64,000 nt of DNA, from contig JBDRQD010000046.1 of the NCBI GenBank assembly GCA_043826455.1, forward strand, positions 55,316 through 119,315. The letters are read 5' to 3'. The notes under the pieces are model-generated. The model saw nothing but the letters and a program-made list of their open reading frames with translations. It searched no databases and was not told the origin of the DNA. Below are positions 39,122 through 48,753 of the stretch, in pieces; the stretch's first letter is position 1; every line of letters starts with the position of its first letter. A program made the translations under genes and the position numbers. The stretch is from Candidatus Bathyarchaeota archaeon. Its GTDB lineage: Archaea > Thermoproteota > Bathyarchaeia > TCS64.

Positions 39122-39639
39122 GCTATCACCTCCTCGCCCTTCTCCCCGAAGAGCTTCACGGCCAGCATCCTGGCCACCTCCACGGGGTTTCTGGAGAACA
39201 GCTTCCGGCTGCTGCTCATCCCCTCGTGGACCAGCCTCAGCGCGTTGTACCCGGCCTCCCCGCAGACCTTGACGCACTCGGGGTCGCCGCCGCACAGGTC
39301 GCAGATGGTGGCCTTCCTGTCCCTGGGGTGAAGATAGGGGACGGTGCCGGGGCAGGCCCGTACACAGGACCCGCACCCTGTGCAGGCTTCCCTGTCCACG
39401 ATGACGGCCGTGGTCTTGCTGTCCATCGACAGCGCCTGAACGGGGCAGGCTTTGACGCAGGGGTAGTCGTCGCACTGGGCGCACAGGTGAGCCACCTCCA
39501 GGCCCGGGAAGGGCATGAACACTCGTACCCTTGACGCCTCGGGCCACATCCAGCCCTCGTGGTGCATGCTGCAGGCTAGTTCGCAGCGCCTGCACCCTGA
39601 GCAGTTCTCGTAGTCTCTAACGATCCAGATAGAACTCAT
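39118..39639 (-). CDS. Poly-[4Fe-4S] small subunit, copy 1
   Basis: CSGCRRCELAC, CAQCDDYPCVKACP, CTGCGSCVRACP, CDLC...C. Confidence 0.9.
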   Translation of the reverse strand: MSSIWIVRDYENCSGCRRCELACSMHHEGWMWPEASRVRVFMPFPGLEVAHLCAQCDDYPCVKACPVQALSMDSKTTAVIVDREACTGCGSCVRACPGTVPYLHPRDRKATICDLCGGDPECVKVCGEAGYNALRLVHEGMSSSRKLFSRNPVEVARMLAVKLFGEKGEEVIA

Positions 39640-39697
39640 GGCATTAGCTAGGGCGGGTGGTGTCATGAAACTTTTGGTAAAGAAAATTGGTGAGGGT

Positions 39698-41563
39698 TTA
39701 CCTCAGCTTGGCCATGCTCTTCTCTAGGAAGCCCAGATCCAGCTTCTTCAGGGTCTCCTTTGTCGGGATGCCCCGCTCGTCCCAGCCCAGGGTCTCGTTG
39801 TAGGCCTTGAGCTTCTCGTCCACTAGCTTCCTGTCCGTGGTCTTGCCCTTGTAGGGGCCGCTGGGCAGGGGCTCGTAGAACCTGGGCGGGTTGTCGTCGT
39901 CCTTCACCGGCGTCCACTTGAGGTCGGGTCCGCCCAGCATGAGGAGCGCCCTCTGCAGGGTGACGATCCTGGGGCCGTTGACGCTGCGCCAGCCGTGGAG
40001 GGTTATGGGGAACCCTGTTATGGCCTTGGCGTAGTCGAAGACCAGGCTCTGGGGGACGCCGTAGAAGGTGAAGTTGCAGAAGACGGCGCTGTCGGTGAAG
40101 ACGGCTCCGCTCATGTCGTTGTACCCGTCGGTGCTGGTGCTGGTGTGGTCGCCGCCCTGGACGTTGGCTGCGTAGCTGATGTCGTGGGTGTAGTCGGCGT
40201 CGCTTCTGGTCCCGTGGGCTCCGATCTCGATGCCCTTCACGTGGACCGCGTACTTCAGCAGCTCCTCGGGCTTTCTGCCCTTCATCTTGGCGATGATGTG
40301 AGCCGCCTGGTAGGTGCCCTCGGCCAGTGCGTCGCCGATCTTCTCCCTCTTGGCCATCATCCGGAGTATCTTGTCGAAGGTCTCCGGGTCGCCCCACTTG
40401 GGCTTGAAGCCGAAGTCGCTGTCCTTCAGTATGCCCCGCTGGTGGAGCTCAACGGCGAAGGCTGCCGTGTTGGGGCCGTTGATTCCGCTGTGGCCCAGCT
40501 GGTCGGCTAGGGCCGAGAGGTGGATGTTGGCCGCGGGGTCGAAGATGCCGAAGTTGGTTCCACAGTAGGCTTGGAGCTCGTAGTCTGGCATGTCGGTGAT
40601 GTCGCCCTTCCAGGGCCCCGTCATTATGCAGCTCACCTTCATGCAGCTAGTGGTGCAGTTGAAGTCGGCCCACTTCTTCTTCACCCAGAAACGATCCTCG
40701 AACCTGGGTCCGCCGTAGCTCTTCTCGTCGTGCCACTCCTCCTGCCAGTTGCGGATGGGCTCAGAGCTGGTTTCGGCGCCTACGCTATACCCGGCGTACC
40801 CGGTGCCGTGGCGCCTGAACTGGGTTCGCCCTATGAGTCTCTGGTGGGTCTTCTTCCAGAGGAGCTTCACCGCCTCAGGGGCGTCCACCTTGGGCAGCGC
40901 TCCGCGGCTCTTGGCTACCACGGCCTTCAGGTTCTTGCTGCCCATGAGACTGCCATAGCCGCCGTAGCCCGCCGCGTGACAAATCTTCGCCATCACCGCC
41001 GCGTTGCGGACGAGGTTCTCCCCGGCGGGGCCTATGTAGATCATGCCCGGCTCCTTCCACAGCCCCACGCTGGGCTTCCGCTTCTGAAGCAGCTCAGTGA
41101 CCTCCTTGTTCAGCTTAATCAGCGTCTTCTCCCCGTCCAGGCCCCAAAGGTGGCCGGCGTCCCTGATCTCAGCGCCGTCGTCGGTGATGAGCAGGTAGAC
41201 GGGCTTCTCTGCTTTCCCAACAAACGTTACACCGTCGTAGCCGGCCTGCTTGATCTCGTTGGCGAACTCGGTGGCCGCTGTGCTGCCCACGGTGCCCATG
41301 CTGACGGGGCTCTTGCCGCTGACGCATATCCTGCTTCCGGGGTAGATGCCCGTCATCGGCCCAGTGTACACCATCAGTGGACTCTCAGGCGCAAGGGGGT
41401 CCAGGTCGGCCCACTTCTCGCCCACCATGTCCCAGAGGACTTTAGCCGCCAGGCCCCTGCCTCCGAAGTACTGCTCCAGCACCTTGTCGCTGTAGGTGAC
41501 ATCCTTAATCTTGTCCTTGGTGAGGTCTACCTCAAGCCATTTTCCAGCGTATCCGCCCGGCAT
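39698..41563 (-). CDS. WOR5-like large subunit, copy 2
   Basis: Same motifs as copy 1. Confidence 0.88.
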   Translation of the reverse strand: MPGGYAGKWLEVDLTKDKIKDVTYSDKVLEQYFGGRGLAAKVLWDMVGEKWADLDPLAPESPLMVYTGPMTGIYPGSRICVSGKSPVSMGTVGSTAATEFANEIKQAGYDGVTFVGKAEKPVYLLITDDGAEIRDAGHLWGLDGEKTLIKLNKEVTELLQKRKPSVGLWKEPGMIYIGPAGENLVRNAAVMAKICHAAGYGGYGSLMGSKNLKAVVAKSRGALPKVDAPEAVKLLWKKTHQRLIGRTQFRRHGTGYAGYSVGAETSSEPIRNWQEEWHDEKSYGGPRFEDRFWVKKKWADFNCTTSCMKVSCIMTGPWKGDITDMPDYELQAYCGTNFGIFDPAANIHLSALADQLGHSGINGPNTAAFAVELHQRGILKDSDFGFKPKWGDPETFDKILRMMAKREKIGDALAEGTYQAAHIIAKMKGRKPEELLKYAVHVKGIEIGAHGTRSDADYTHDISYAANVQGGDHTSTSTDGYNDMSGAVFTDSAVFCNFTFYGVPQSLVFDYAKAITGFPITLHGWRSVNGPRIVTLQRALLMLGGPDLKWTPVKDDDNPPRFYEPLPSGPYKGKTTDRKLVDEKLKAYNETLGWDERGIPTKETLKKLDLGFLEKSMAKLR

Positions 41564-42087
41564 TACTCGATTACCTCCTCGCCCTTCTCGCCGAAGAACT
41601 TGATAGCTAAATCCTTAGCCACCTCCACGGGGTGCCTGCTGTAGAGCTTTCTGTGGACGTTGGGGCCCTCGTTGGTGATCGTTAATGCATTGTACCCGGC
41701 CTCGGTGCACACCTCAACACATTTGGGCTCGCCGCCGCAGAGGTCGCATATCGTGGCCTTGTTGTCGCCGGGGTGGAGGAAGGGCACCGTGCCGGGGCAG
41801 GCCCGGATGCATGCCCCGCAACTGGTGCACTTCTCACGGTCTACGATGACCGCTCTCGTGTTGGGGTCTGTGCTGAGGGCCTCCACGGGGCACGACGCCA
41901 AACAGGGGTAGTCGTCGCACTGGGCGCACAGGTGGGCCACCTCGAGCCCGGGGAAGGGCATGAACACTCTTACTCTTGACGCCTCAGGCCACATCCAGCC
42001 CTCGTGGTGTATGCTGCAGGCTAGCTCGCAGCGTCTGCACCCTGAGCAGGCTGACTGGTCCCTGGCGATCCAGATCGGTTTAACCAT
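41563..42087 (-). CDS. Poly-[4Fe-4S] small subunit, copy 2
   Basis: Four Cys clusters; TAATG coupling to the large subunit. Confidence 0.9.
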   Translation of the reverse strand: MVKPIWIARDQSACSGCRRCELACSIHHEGWMWPEASRVRVFMPFPGLEVAHLCAQCDDYPCLASCPVEALSTDPNTRAVIVDREKCTSCGACIRACPGTVPFLHPGDNKATICDLCGGEPKCVEVCTEAGYNALTITNEGPNVHRKLYSRHPVEVAKDLAIKFFGEKGEEVIE

Positions 42088-42220
42088 ATAATTCACCAGA
42101 AGTTGTCACCATACTCATCAGGGGCATAGGATAAAAAGATTAGCAGATTCGAGTAGAAAGGCGAATGGAACCATAAAACACATCGTTTTTGGTTTAAAGC
42201 AAATGAGAAGGAAAAAGAGG

Positions 42221-44092
42221 CTACTGTCGGTACTTGGCCATCACCGGCTCCAAGTCAGCCAGCCCCAGCCTCACAAGAGTCTCCTTCTTCGGCACCCCAC
42301 GCTCGTCCCAGCCCAGGGTCTCGAAGTAAGCCTGGGTCCTGATCTCCACACGCTCCCTGTCGGTGACCATGCCCTTGTAGGGGCCACTGGGCAGGGGATC
42401 ATAGAACCTGGACGGGTTCTCGTCGTCCTTCAGCGGCTCCCAGGTCACGTCCGGGCCGCCCATCAAGAGAAGGGCCTTCTGGAGTGTGATGATTCTGGGC
42501 CCGTTTATGCTGCGCCAGCCGTGGATGGTTATGGGGAACCCTGTGACGGCCTTGGCGAAGTCGTACTGGAGCTGCTGGCTGGGGCCGCGGCTGGTGAAGG
42601 TGCAGTAGACGGCGCAGTCGAAGAAGAGGGCCCCGCTCATGTCCGTGTACCCGTCTGTGACGGTGCTTGTGTGGTCGCCTCCCTGGACGCTGGCCGCGTA
42701 GCACATGTCGTGGGTGTAGTCCTTGTCGCTGCGTGTTCCGTGGGCCCCGATCTCGATGCCCTTCACGTGGATGGCGTACTTGAGGAGCACCTCGGGCTCA
42801 AGGCCCTTCATCTCCGCTATCTTCAGGGCCGCCCTGTAAGTACCCTCAGCGAGGATGTCGCCGATGCCCTCCCGGTGGGCTATCATGTGGGCCAGCCTGT
42901 CGAAGGCCTCGGCGTCGCCCCACTCCAGCTTGAACCCTATGTCCTCCTCGGTGAGGATGCCCCGCTGGTAGAGCTCCGCGGCGTACCCCATGGTGTTGGG
43001 GCAGTTGATGCCGCTGTGTCCCAGCTTGTCCATCAGCGTGCTTATGTGGATGTTGTCGCCTGGGTCGAATATGCCCAGGTTTGTGCCACAGTAGGCCTGG
43101 AGCTCGTAGTCCGGCACATCGGTGATGTCGCCCTTCCAGCGTCCGGCCTTGATGCAGCTCACCTTCATGCAGCCGGTGGTGCAGTTGAAGTCGCTCCACT
43201 TGACCTTGACCCAGTACCTGTCCATGTACCGGGGGACGCCCATGGACTTCTCGTCGTGCCACTCGTCCTGCCAGTTCCTGACGGGCTCGCTGCTGGTCTC
43301 GGCTCCGCAGCTGTAACCCAGGTGGCCTGTGCCCCACCGCCTGAAGGTGGTGTTGGTCATGCAGTCCCTGTGAGCCTTCCTCCAGAGGAGCTTCACCGTC
43401 TCCGGGGCGTTCACCTTGGGGAGCATGCCCCGGCTCTTGGCCACCACGGCCTTCAGGTTCTTGCTGCCCATCAGAGCTCCATAGCCGCCGTAGCCGGCGG
43501 CGTGGCATATCTTGGCCATGACCGCCGCGTGCTTGACCATGTTCTCTCCGGCGGGGCCTATGTACATGCTGCCGGGCTCCTTCCAGAGCCCCAAGCCGGG
43601 CTTCTTCTTGGCAAGGTCGGCTCTGACCTCCTTGTTGAGCTTGATGAGTGTCTTCTCACCGTCCAGGCCCCAAAGGTGGCCGGCGTCCTTGAGCTCGGCT
43701 CCATAGTCGGTGACCTGTAGGTACACGGGCTTTTCTGCTCTGCCCGTGAATACGATGCCGTCGTACCCGGCACACCTCAGCTCCACGGCCAGTTCTGTGG
43801 CCGCCGTGCTGCCCACGACGCCGTTGCTGACGGGGCTCTTACCGCTGACGCATATCCTAGCGCCGGGGTAGATGCCCGTCATGGGGCCCGTGGCGAAGAT
43901 CAACGGGTTCTCCGGCGACAGGGCGTCCAGTTTGCTCCATTTTTTACCGACCCGGTCCCAGAGTATCTTGGTGGCCATGCCTCGGCCGCCGAAGTACTGC
44001 TCCAGAGTCTCGTAGGGGAAGGTTATGTTGGTTGTCTTCTCCTTGGATAGGTTCACGTCCAGCCACTTGCCAGCGTATCCGCCTAGGGTCAT
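42221..44092 (-). CDS. WOR5-like large subunit, copy 3
   Basis: Same motifs as copies 1 and 2. Confidence 0.88.
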   Translation of the reverse strand: MTLGGYAGKWLDVNLSKEKTTNITFPYETLEQYFGGRGMATKILWDRVGKKWSKLDALSPENPLIFATGPMTGIYPGARICVSGKSPVSNGVVGSTAATELAVELRCAGYDGIVFTGRAEKPVYLQVTDYGAELKDAGHLWGLDGEKTLIKLNKEVRADLAKKKPGLGLWKEPGSMYIGPAGENMVKHAAVMAKICHAAGYGGYGALMGSKNLKAVVAKSRGMLPKVNAPETVKLLWRKAHRDCMTNTTFRRWGTGHLGYSCGAETSSEPVRNWQDEWHDEKSMGVPRYMDRYWVKVKWSDFNCTTGCMKVSCIKAGRWKGDITDVPDYELQAYCGTNLGIFDPGDNIHISTLMDKLGHSGINCPNTMGYAAELYQRGILTEEDIGFKLEWGDAEAFDRLAHMIAHREGIGDILAEGTYRAALKIAEMKGLEPEVLLKYAIHVKGIEIGAHGTRSDKDYTHDMCYAASVQGGDHTSTVTDGYTDMSGALFFDCAVYCTFTSRGPSQQLQYDFAKAVTGFPITIHGWRSINGPRIITLQKALLLMGGPDVTWEPLKDDENPSRFYDPLPSGPYKGMVTDRERVEIRTQAYFETLGWDERGVPKKETLVRLGLADLEPVMAKYRQ

Positions 44093-44610
44093 TCTATCAC
44101 CTCCTCGCCCTTCTCTCCGAAGAACTTGATGGCCAGGTCCTTAGCCACCTCCACCGGGTGCCTGCCGTAGAGCTTCCTGTGGACGCTGGGGCCCTCGTTG
44201 ACGATGGTCAGGGCGTTGTACCCGGCCTCCGTGCACACCTCAACGCACCTGGGCTCGCCTCCGCAGAGGTCGCAGATGGTGGCCTTGTTGTCCCCCGGGT
44301 GCAGGAAGGGCACCTGGCCGGGGCACGCCGTTATGCAGGCGCCGCAGCTGATGCACTTCTCCCGGTCAACGGCCACGGCCCCGTTGGAGTCGGTGGATAA
44401 TGCCTGAACGGGGCAGGCTTTGACGCAGGGGTAGTCATCGCACTGGGCGCACAGGTGGGCCACCTCCAGGCCCGGGAACGGCATGAAGACGCGGACTCTT
44501 GAAGCCTCGGGCCACATCCAGCCCTCGTGGTGCAAGCTACACGCCAGCTCGCAGCGCCTGCACCCTGAGCATGCTGACTGGTCCCGGGCTATCCATATGG
44601 GTTTCACCAT
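44089..44610 (-). CDS. Poly-[4Fe-4S] small subunit, copy 3
   Basis: Four Cys clusters; ATGA overlap. Confidence 0.9.
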   Translation of the reverse strand: MVKPIWIARDQSACSGCRRCELACSLHHEGWMWPEASRVRVFMPFPGLEVAHLCAQCDDYPCVKACPVQALSTDSNGAVAVDREKCISCGACITACPGQVPFLHPGDNKATICDLCGGEPRCVEVCTEAGYNALTIVNEGPSVHRKLYGRHPVEVAKDLAIKFFGEKGEEVIE

Positions 44611-44676
44611 GGGTCTCACCAGAATAATTTGAGCACTCGGTGAACGTGGGCTGTTCAACATAAGAAAGTTTCGAGG

Positions 44677-45462
44677 CTACTTAGCCGGCATCCGCACCTT
44701 GTCGAAGTGCTTCATTATGAACTGGGTGAGCTCAGGCTGCATGGTGTACAGCATCTTGGCCTCACCCTTAGGTATGAAGAGCCGTATGAGGTAAGTCTTG
44801 CCCAGCCGGTCAGCGGACTCCAGGTAGGCCTCGGGGCACCTTATGCTGCCGTCGCCGCAGAACTGGTGGAAGTCCTGGATGGCGGGCTCCAGTATCTCCT
44901 TGAACACCCTCTCCTCAGCGTATGTGTGGTCGAAGCTTACCCTGTAGGTGTACTTGATGTAGCCCTCGTGGGTCATGTTCAGTATCTTGCTGCTCATGAC
45001 CTGGGTGTTAGGCACCTTGAGGACGTTGAATGTGGGCGTGTACAGGCTAGTGTAGTTGATGCTTATCTCCTCCACCTGGCCCTCCAGGTCACCGATCCTG
45101 ACGTAGTCCTTCACCTTGAAGGGCTGGCTTAATAGGACGTAGAACCCGGCCACTATGTTGTTGATGGTCTGGCTGGACCCGAAGCCTATGGCGGCGCCTA
45201 TGAGGGCCGAGCCACCCAGGAACATGTTGGTGGGGAGGCTGAATATCTGGAATATGGCGGTGGTCGCCACCACGATGGAGACGATCCTCAGCAGGAGCTT
45301 CATGATGTTGGTTATGTGGGGCTCTAACTCGTGCTCCTTGGCCCGGTGCCGCATGATACCCATCAACGCCCGGTACACGGCGTAGATGATGACCAGGGCC
45401 GCCGCTGAGTACATGAAGTTCCACAGGTTTGCCTCTAGCCACGCGATGACGCCCTCGTACAT
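44677..45462 (-). CDS. MscS mechanosensitive channel family protein
   Basis: AAIGFGSSQTINNIVAG, PFKVKDYVRIG, GQVEEI, VPN. Confidence 0.88.
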   Translation of the reverse strand: MYEGVIAWLEANLWNFMYSAAALVIIYAVYRALMGIMRHRAKEHELEPHITNIMKLLLRIVSIVVATTAIFQIFSLPTNMFLGGSALIGAAIGFGSSQTINNIVAGFYVLLSQPFKVKDYVRIGDLEGQVEEISINYTSLYTPTFNVLKVPNTQVMSSKILNMTHEGYIKYTYRVSFDHTYAEERVFKEILEPAIQDFHQFCGDGSIRCPEAYLESADRLGKTYLIRLFIPKGEAKMLYTMQPELTQFIMKHFDKVRMPAK

Positions 45463-45495
45463 TGGGTGCAGGTTTAGGCACCCAGAATATATTAG

Positions 45496-46437
45496 TTACT
45501 CTTCATCAGGGTCGTCGCCCCGGCTCAGAGGGGACCTGCTAGCCTCCACGGTTCTCCGCACCTGGAGGAGCAGGCTGGCCTGGAGCCCGAAGACTATGAT
45601 CTGGAACCCGGAGACCACCAGCAGCATGGCCAGCAGAAACGAGTAAGGGTTGAGGAACCCCGGCTGCCCGGATCGCACCTTCTCCAGGCTCAGGTACCCC
45701 AGCAGGGCAAGCCCGGACACCACTGCAAGGCCGCCGAACCAGAAGGCCAGGACGTCGACACGCAGAGACACCAGGTCCCTCAGCTTAGACCTCACCTTAA
45801 CCCCTAGGGGCTGCCTGCTGGGCCGGCCCCCTTGAACCTCCACAGGCATCTCCATGATCCTGAGGCCCCCCCGCTGGGCGGCCAGCAGTATCTCGGTCTC
45901 GAAGACTGTGGATGAGGGCACCTCACCGAAGACGGGTAGGACGCGACCCCGGCGGAACGCCTTCACGCACGTGGTGTCGGTGAAGCCCGTCCTGAACAGG
46001 CCTCTGACGAGGCCATGGAAGCCCCTGCTGAGCAGCCTGCGGTGAAGGGGTCTATGGTCTAGGCCCGGTCCCATCCTCTTGGACCCCACCACGACGTCGA
46101 ACTCGTTGAGGCGCTCCACGCTCAGGGGTATGAAGCCCAGGTCCGCGGAGAGGTCCATGGGGAAGTAAACCACTTTATCGAACCTGGCCTCAGCGACGCC
46201 CAGCTTCAGGGCCTCCCCCAGGGAGGGCTCAGGTATCTCGATGACCCGCACATGATCCAGTGTCTCCGCCAGGCCTCTGGCCACGCTGGGCGTCTGGTCC
46301 AGGCTGCCGTTCTCCACCAAGATGACCTCGTAAGCCTGTAACGCACCGGAGAGGTACTCGACCATGATCCGGGTGTTCCTCTCAAGCAGCGCAGCCTCGT
46401 TGTGCACCGGGACCACGATGCTGGCCTCTAGCCCCAT
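45496..46437 (-). CDS. GT2 glycosyltransferase (polyprenol-phosphate type) with two C-terminal TM helices
   Basis: SIVVPVHNE, VENGSLDQT, DVVVGSKR, FETEIL. Confidence 0.85.
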   Translation of the reverse strand: MGLEASIVVPVHNEAALLERNTRIMVEYLSGALQAYEVILVENGSLDQTPSVARGLAETLDHVRVIEIPEPSLGEALKLGVAEARFDKVVYFPMDLSADLGFIPLSVERLNEFDVVVGSKRMGPGLDHRPLHRRLLSRGFHGLVRGLFRTGFTDTTCVKAFRRGRVLPVFGEVPSSTVFETEILLAAQRGGLRIMEMPVEVQGGRPSRQPLGVKVRSKLRDLVSLRVDVLAFWFGGLAVVSGLALLGYLSLEKVRSGQPGFLNPYSFLLAMLLVVSGFQIIVFGLQASLLLQVRRTVEASRSPLSRGDDPDEE

Positions 46438-46501
46438 TGAGCCCCCTCCACAAGTAACATTTAACCTGTGACGAGAGACACTATTTTAGATTTACTAGGA
46501 C

Positions 46502-47638
46502 GTGAAGGTATCCGCCTTGAGGGTGTGCATCGTGTCCCCCGAGTTCTTCCGCTGGGGAGTCCACGGAGGCTTCGGCTACGTCACCTGGACCCTAGGCAGA
46601 AAACTGGCTGAGCGCGGCGTGGACGTCTACGTGGTCACACCAAAGAGAAAAGGGCAGCGCCCGAGGGAGGAGGTGGACGGGGTGAAGGTGATGGGGTACG
46701 ACGCCTGCCACAGCTATCCCTATCCCGTTGGGGCGGTGGCCTCCCGGCTCAGGTCCAGGGAGGCTTACCGTGGGGCCGACGCCGACATCTACCACAGCCA
46801 GGCCGTCAGTTTCAACACCCTGGCCGCGGAGACGGCGGCCCCGGACCGGCTGCACCTCATCACCTTCCAGGACCCCTACGACATGGAGGAGTGGAGAAGA
46901 ATAGCGGAGGTTGATCCAAGGTACAGGATGAGGCCGGCCCAGTGGGCCAGGATCAGAGCAGAGCGGAGCATCCAGACAGAGGCGTGCAGACGGGCCGACG
47001 GGCTATACACCCAGGCCAGGTTTCTGGCCCCCAGAGCCCAGAGACTTTTCGGATTGAAGAAGCCCCCAGGGTTCCTGCCCAACCCGGTCCCGGTCCCCAA
47101 CAAGCTCCCGGAGAAGAGCGACGAACCCACCGTCTGCTTCCTGGCCAGGTGGGACCCCCAGAAGCGGGTTGAGGTGTTCCTCAGCCTAGCGCAGAGGCTC
47201 CCCCAGGTGAGGTTCATAGCCATGGGCCTAGGGCACGACCCATCCAAGGACGCCGCCCTCAGGAGAGCCTATGGTGGCTTAACCAACCTAGAGCTCACAG
47301 GCTTCGTATCCGAGGAGGAGAAGAGCAGGATATTGGGGACGAGCTGGGCCCTGGTGAACACCAGCGTCAGGGAGGCCCTCCCCGTCAGCTTTCTGGAGGC
47401 ATTGGCCCACGGGACCCCCATCATCAGCGGCGAGAACCCCGATGGCCTCACGGAGAGGTACGGGTACCACGTTACGGGCGGCGACTACATGTCAGCGATA
47501 CACAGGATGCTGAGCGACCCGGAGCGGAGCAGGAAAGGCTCTGAGGGCAGACGCCACGTGAAACGGGTTCACGACGCGGACAGGGTGACGGACCTCCACC
47601 TCAAGGTCTACCAGAGGCACCTAGAGGGACAGGCTTGA
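46502..47638 (+). CDS. GT4 glycosyltransferase
   Basis: GGFG, PNPV, KRVE, EALPVSFLEALAHGTPII. Confidence 0.88.
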   Translation: MKVSALRVCIVSPEFFRWGVHGGFGYVTWTLGRKLAERGVDVYVVTPKRKGQRPREEVDGVKVMGYDACHSYPYPVGAVASRLRSREAYRGADADIYHSQAVSFNTLAAETAAPDRLHLITFQDPYDMEEWRRIAEVDPRYRMRPAQWARIRAERSIQTEACRRADGLYTQARFLAPRAQRLFGLKKPPGFLPNPVPVPNKLPEKSDEPTVCFLARWDPQKRVEVFLSLAQRLPQVRFIAMGLGHDPSKDAALRRAYGGLTNLELTGFVSEEEKSRILGTSWALVNTSVREALPVSFLEALAHGTPIISGENPDGLTERYGYHVTGGDYMSAIHRMLSDPERSRKGSEGRRHVKRVHDADRVTDLHLKVYQRHLEGQA

Positions 47639-48753
47639 AGCTGCTGGCCTTTGGCGGCTGGTTCGGCTCCAGGAACCTGGGGGACGACGCCATCCTCGTC
47701 GGCCTCAAGGAGGTCATGGAGGCGAACGTCCCCGGGGCAAGGATAACGGCCCTGTCCACGGACCCCCAGTACACCAGAGACGCCTGCGGCGTAGACGCCG
47801 TCAGGCTCCAGAGCCCCAGAGCCCTCCTCAGGAACCGGGAGGAGTACCTGGCGGCCTTCCGGGACGCCGACGCCGTCGTAGTCACCGGAGGCACCCCCAT
47901 ATACGACTACGGCCACGTGAGCCGCGCCATCCACATGGGGCTGCCGGCCGCCCAGGGCAAGCCCATGATCCTCTTCAGCGTCGGAGCCAAGCCCCTCCGG
48001 TCGCCCCAGGGAAAGGAGATCACCAGGCTCCTGCTGAGGGGAGCCGCGGCCATATCCGTGAGGGACCACGCCTCCAGGAGGGTGCTGGCACAGCTCACAG
48101 CCCAGCCCATCACGGTGACGGGGGACACCGGCCTCCACGTCAAGGCACTGCCCACCGGAGTGACCCTGGACAGGCCCGCCGCCGTGGTCTGCCCCAGGCT
48201 CCTCAGCACCAACTACAGGGTCCACTACCACGCCCAGCTGTCCCAGGAGGACATGAACAAGACCAGACACATGGTGGCCCGCGCAGTGGACGCCCTCAGG
48301 GACAGGGGGCTCAACACCTACATGGTCCCCTTCCACACGGTGACGCCCGACGACGACAGGCAGGAGATCACCCGGATAATGAACCTGGTTAAGGACAGGG
48401 ACGTGGAGACCCTGGACAGGCCCCGGAGCCCCGGGGAGGCCCTCAGCCTCCTAGGCCAGGCGGACCTAGTCCTGGGGCTCCGGCTCCACTCCCTGGTGCT
48501 GGCCGCCGCAGCGGCCACGCCGGTGGCCTCCGTGGACTACGACCCCAAGATACGGGGCTTCATGGAGATGGCCGGCGCAGCGGAGTACCTGTGCCGCCCC
48601 ACGGACGGCCTCAGCGCCCTCACCGAGGCCGCCCAGACCGCCCTGGAAAGGAGAGACGAGGCGCGGGAGACCCTACGGGAATCGGCCGAGGCCATGCGCA
48701 GAAGGATCACAGGGGAGGCGGTGCGGGTCAGCGGCCTGCTCCAAGGCCCTTGA
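47635..48753 (+). CDS. Polysaccharide pyruvyl transferase (CsaB/WcaK-like)
   Basis: GSRNLGDDAI, GGT, ISVRDHAS, RLHSLV, YDPKI. Confidence 0.85.
   Translation: MKLLAFGGWFGSRNLGDDAILVGLKEVMEANVPGARITALSTDPQYTRDACGVDAVRLQSPRALLRNREEYLAAFRDADAVVVTGGTPIYDYGHVSRAIHMGLPAAQGKPMILFSVGAKPLRSPQGKEITRLLLRGAAAISVRDHASRRVLAQLTAQPITVTGDTGLHVKALPTGVTLDRPAAVVCPRLLSTNYRVHYHAQLSQEDMNKTRHMVARAVDALRDRGLNTYMVPFHTVTPDDDRQEITRIMNLVKDRDVETLDRPRSPGEALSLLGQADLVLGLRLHSLVLAAAAATPVASVDYDPKIRGFMEMAGAAEYLCRPTDGLSALTEAAQTALERRDEARETLRESAEAMRRRITGEAVRVSGLLQGP

Noticed and set aside
37256..39595. 779-aa ORF as an extended or fused oxidoreductase
   Set aside because: The first 158 codons are an alternate frame of the ferredoxin gene; the paralogs place the start at GTG 39121
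42203..43720. Long antisense or alternate-frame ORFs (also 10649-11659, 40520-41644, 48938-50095, 56194-57360)
   Set aside because: Shadows of GC3-rich genes with no recognisable motifs
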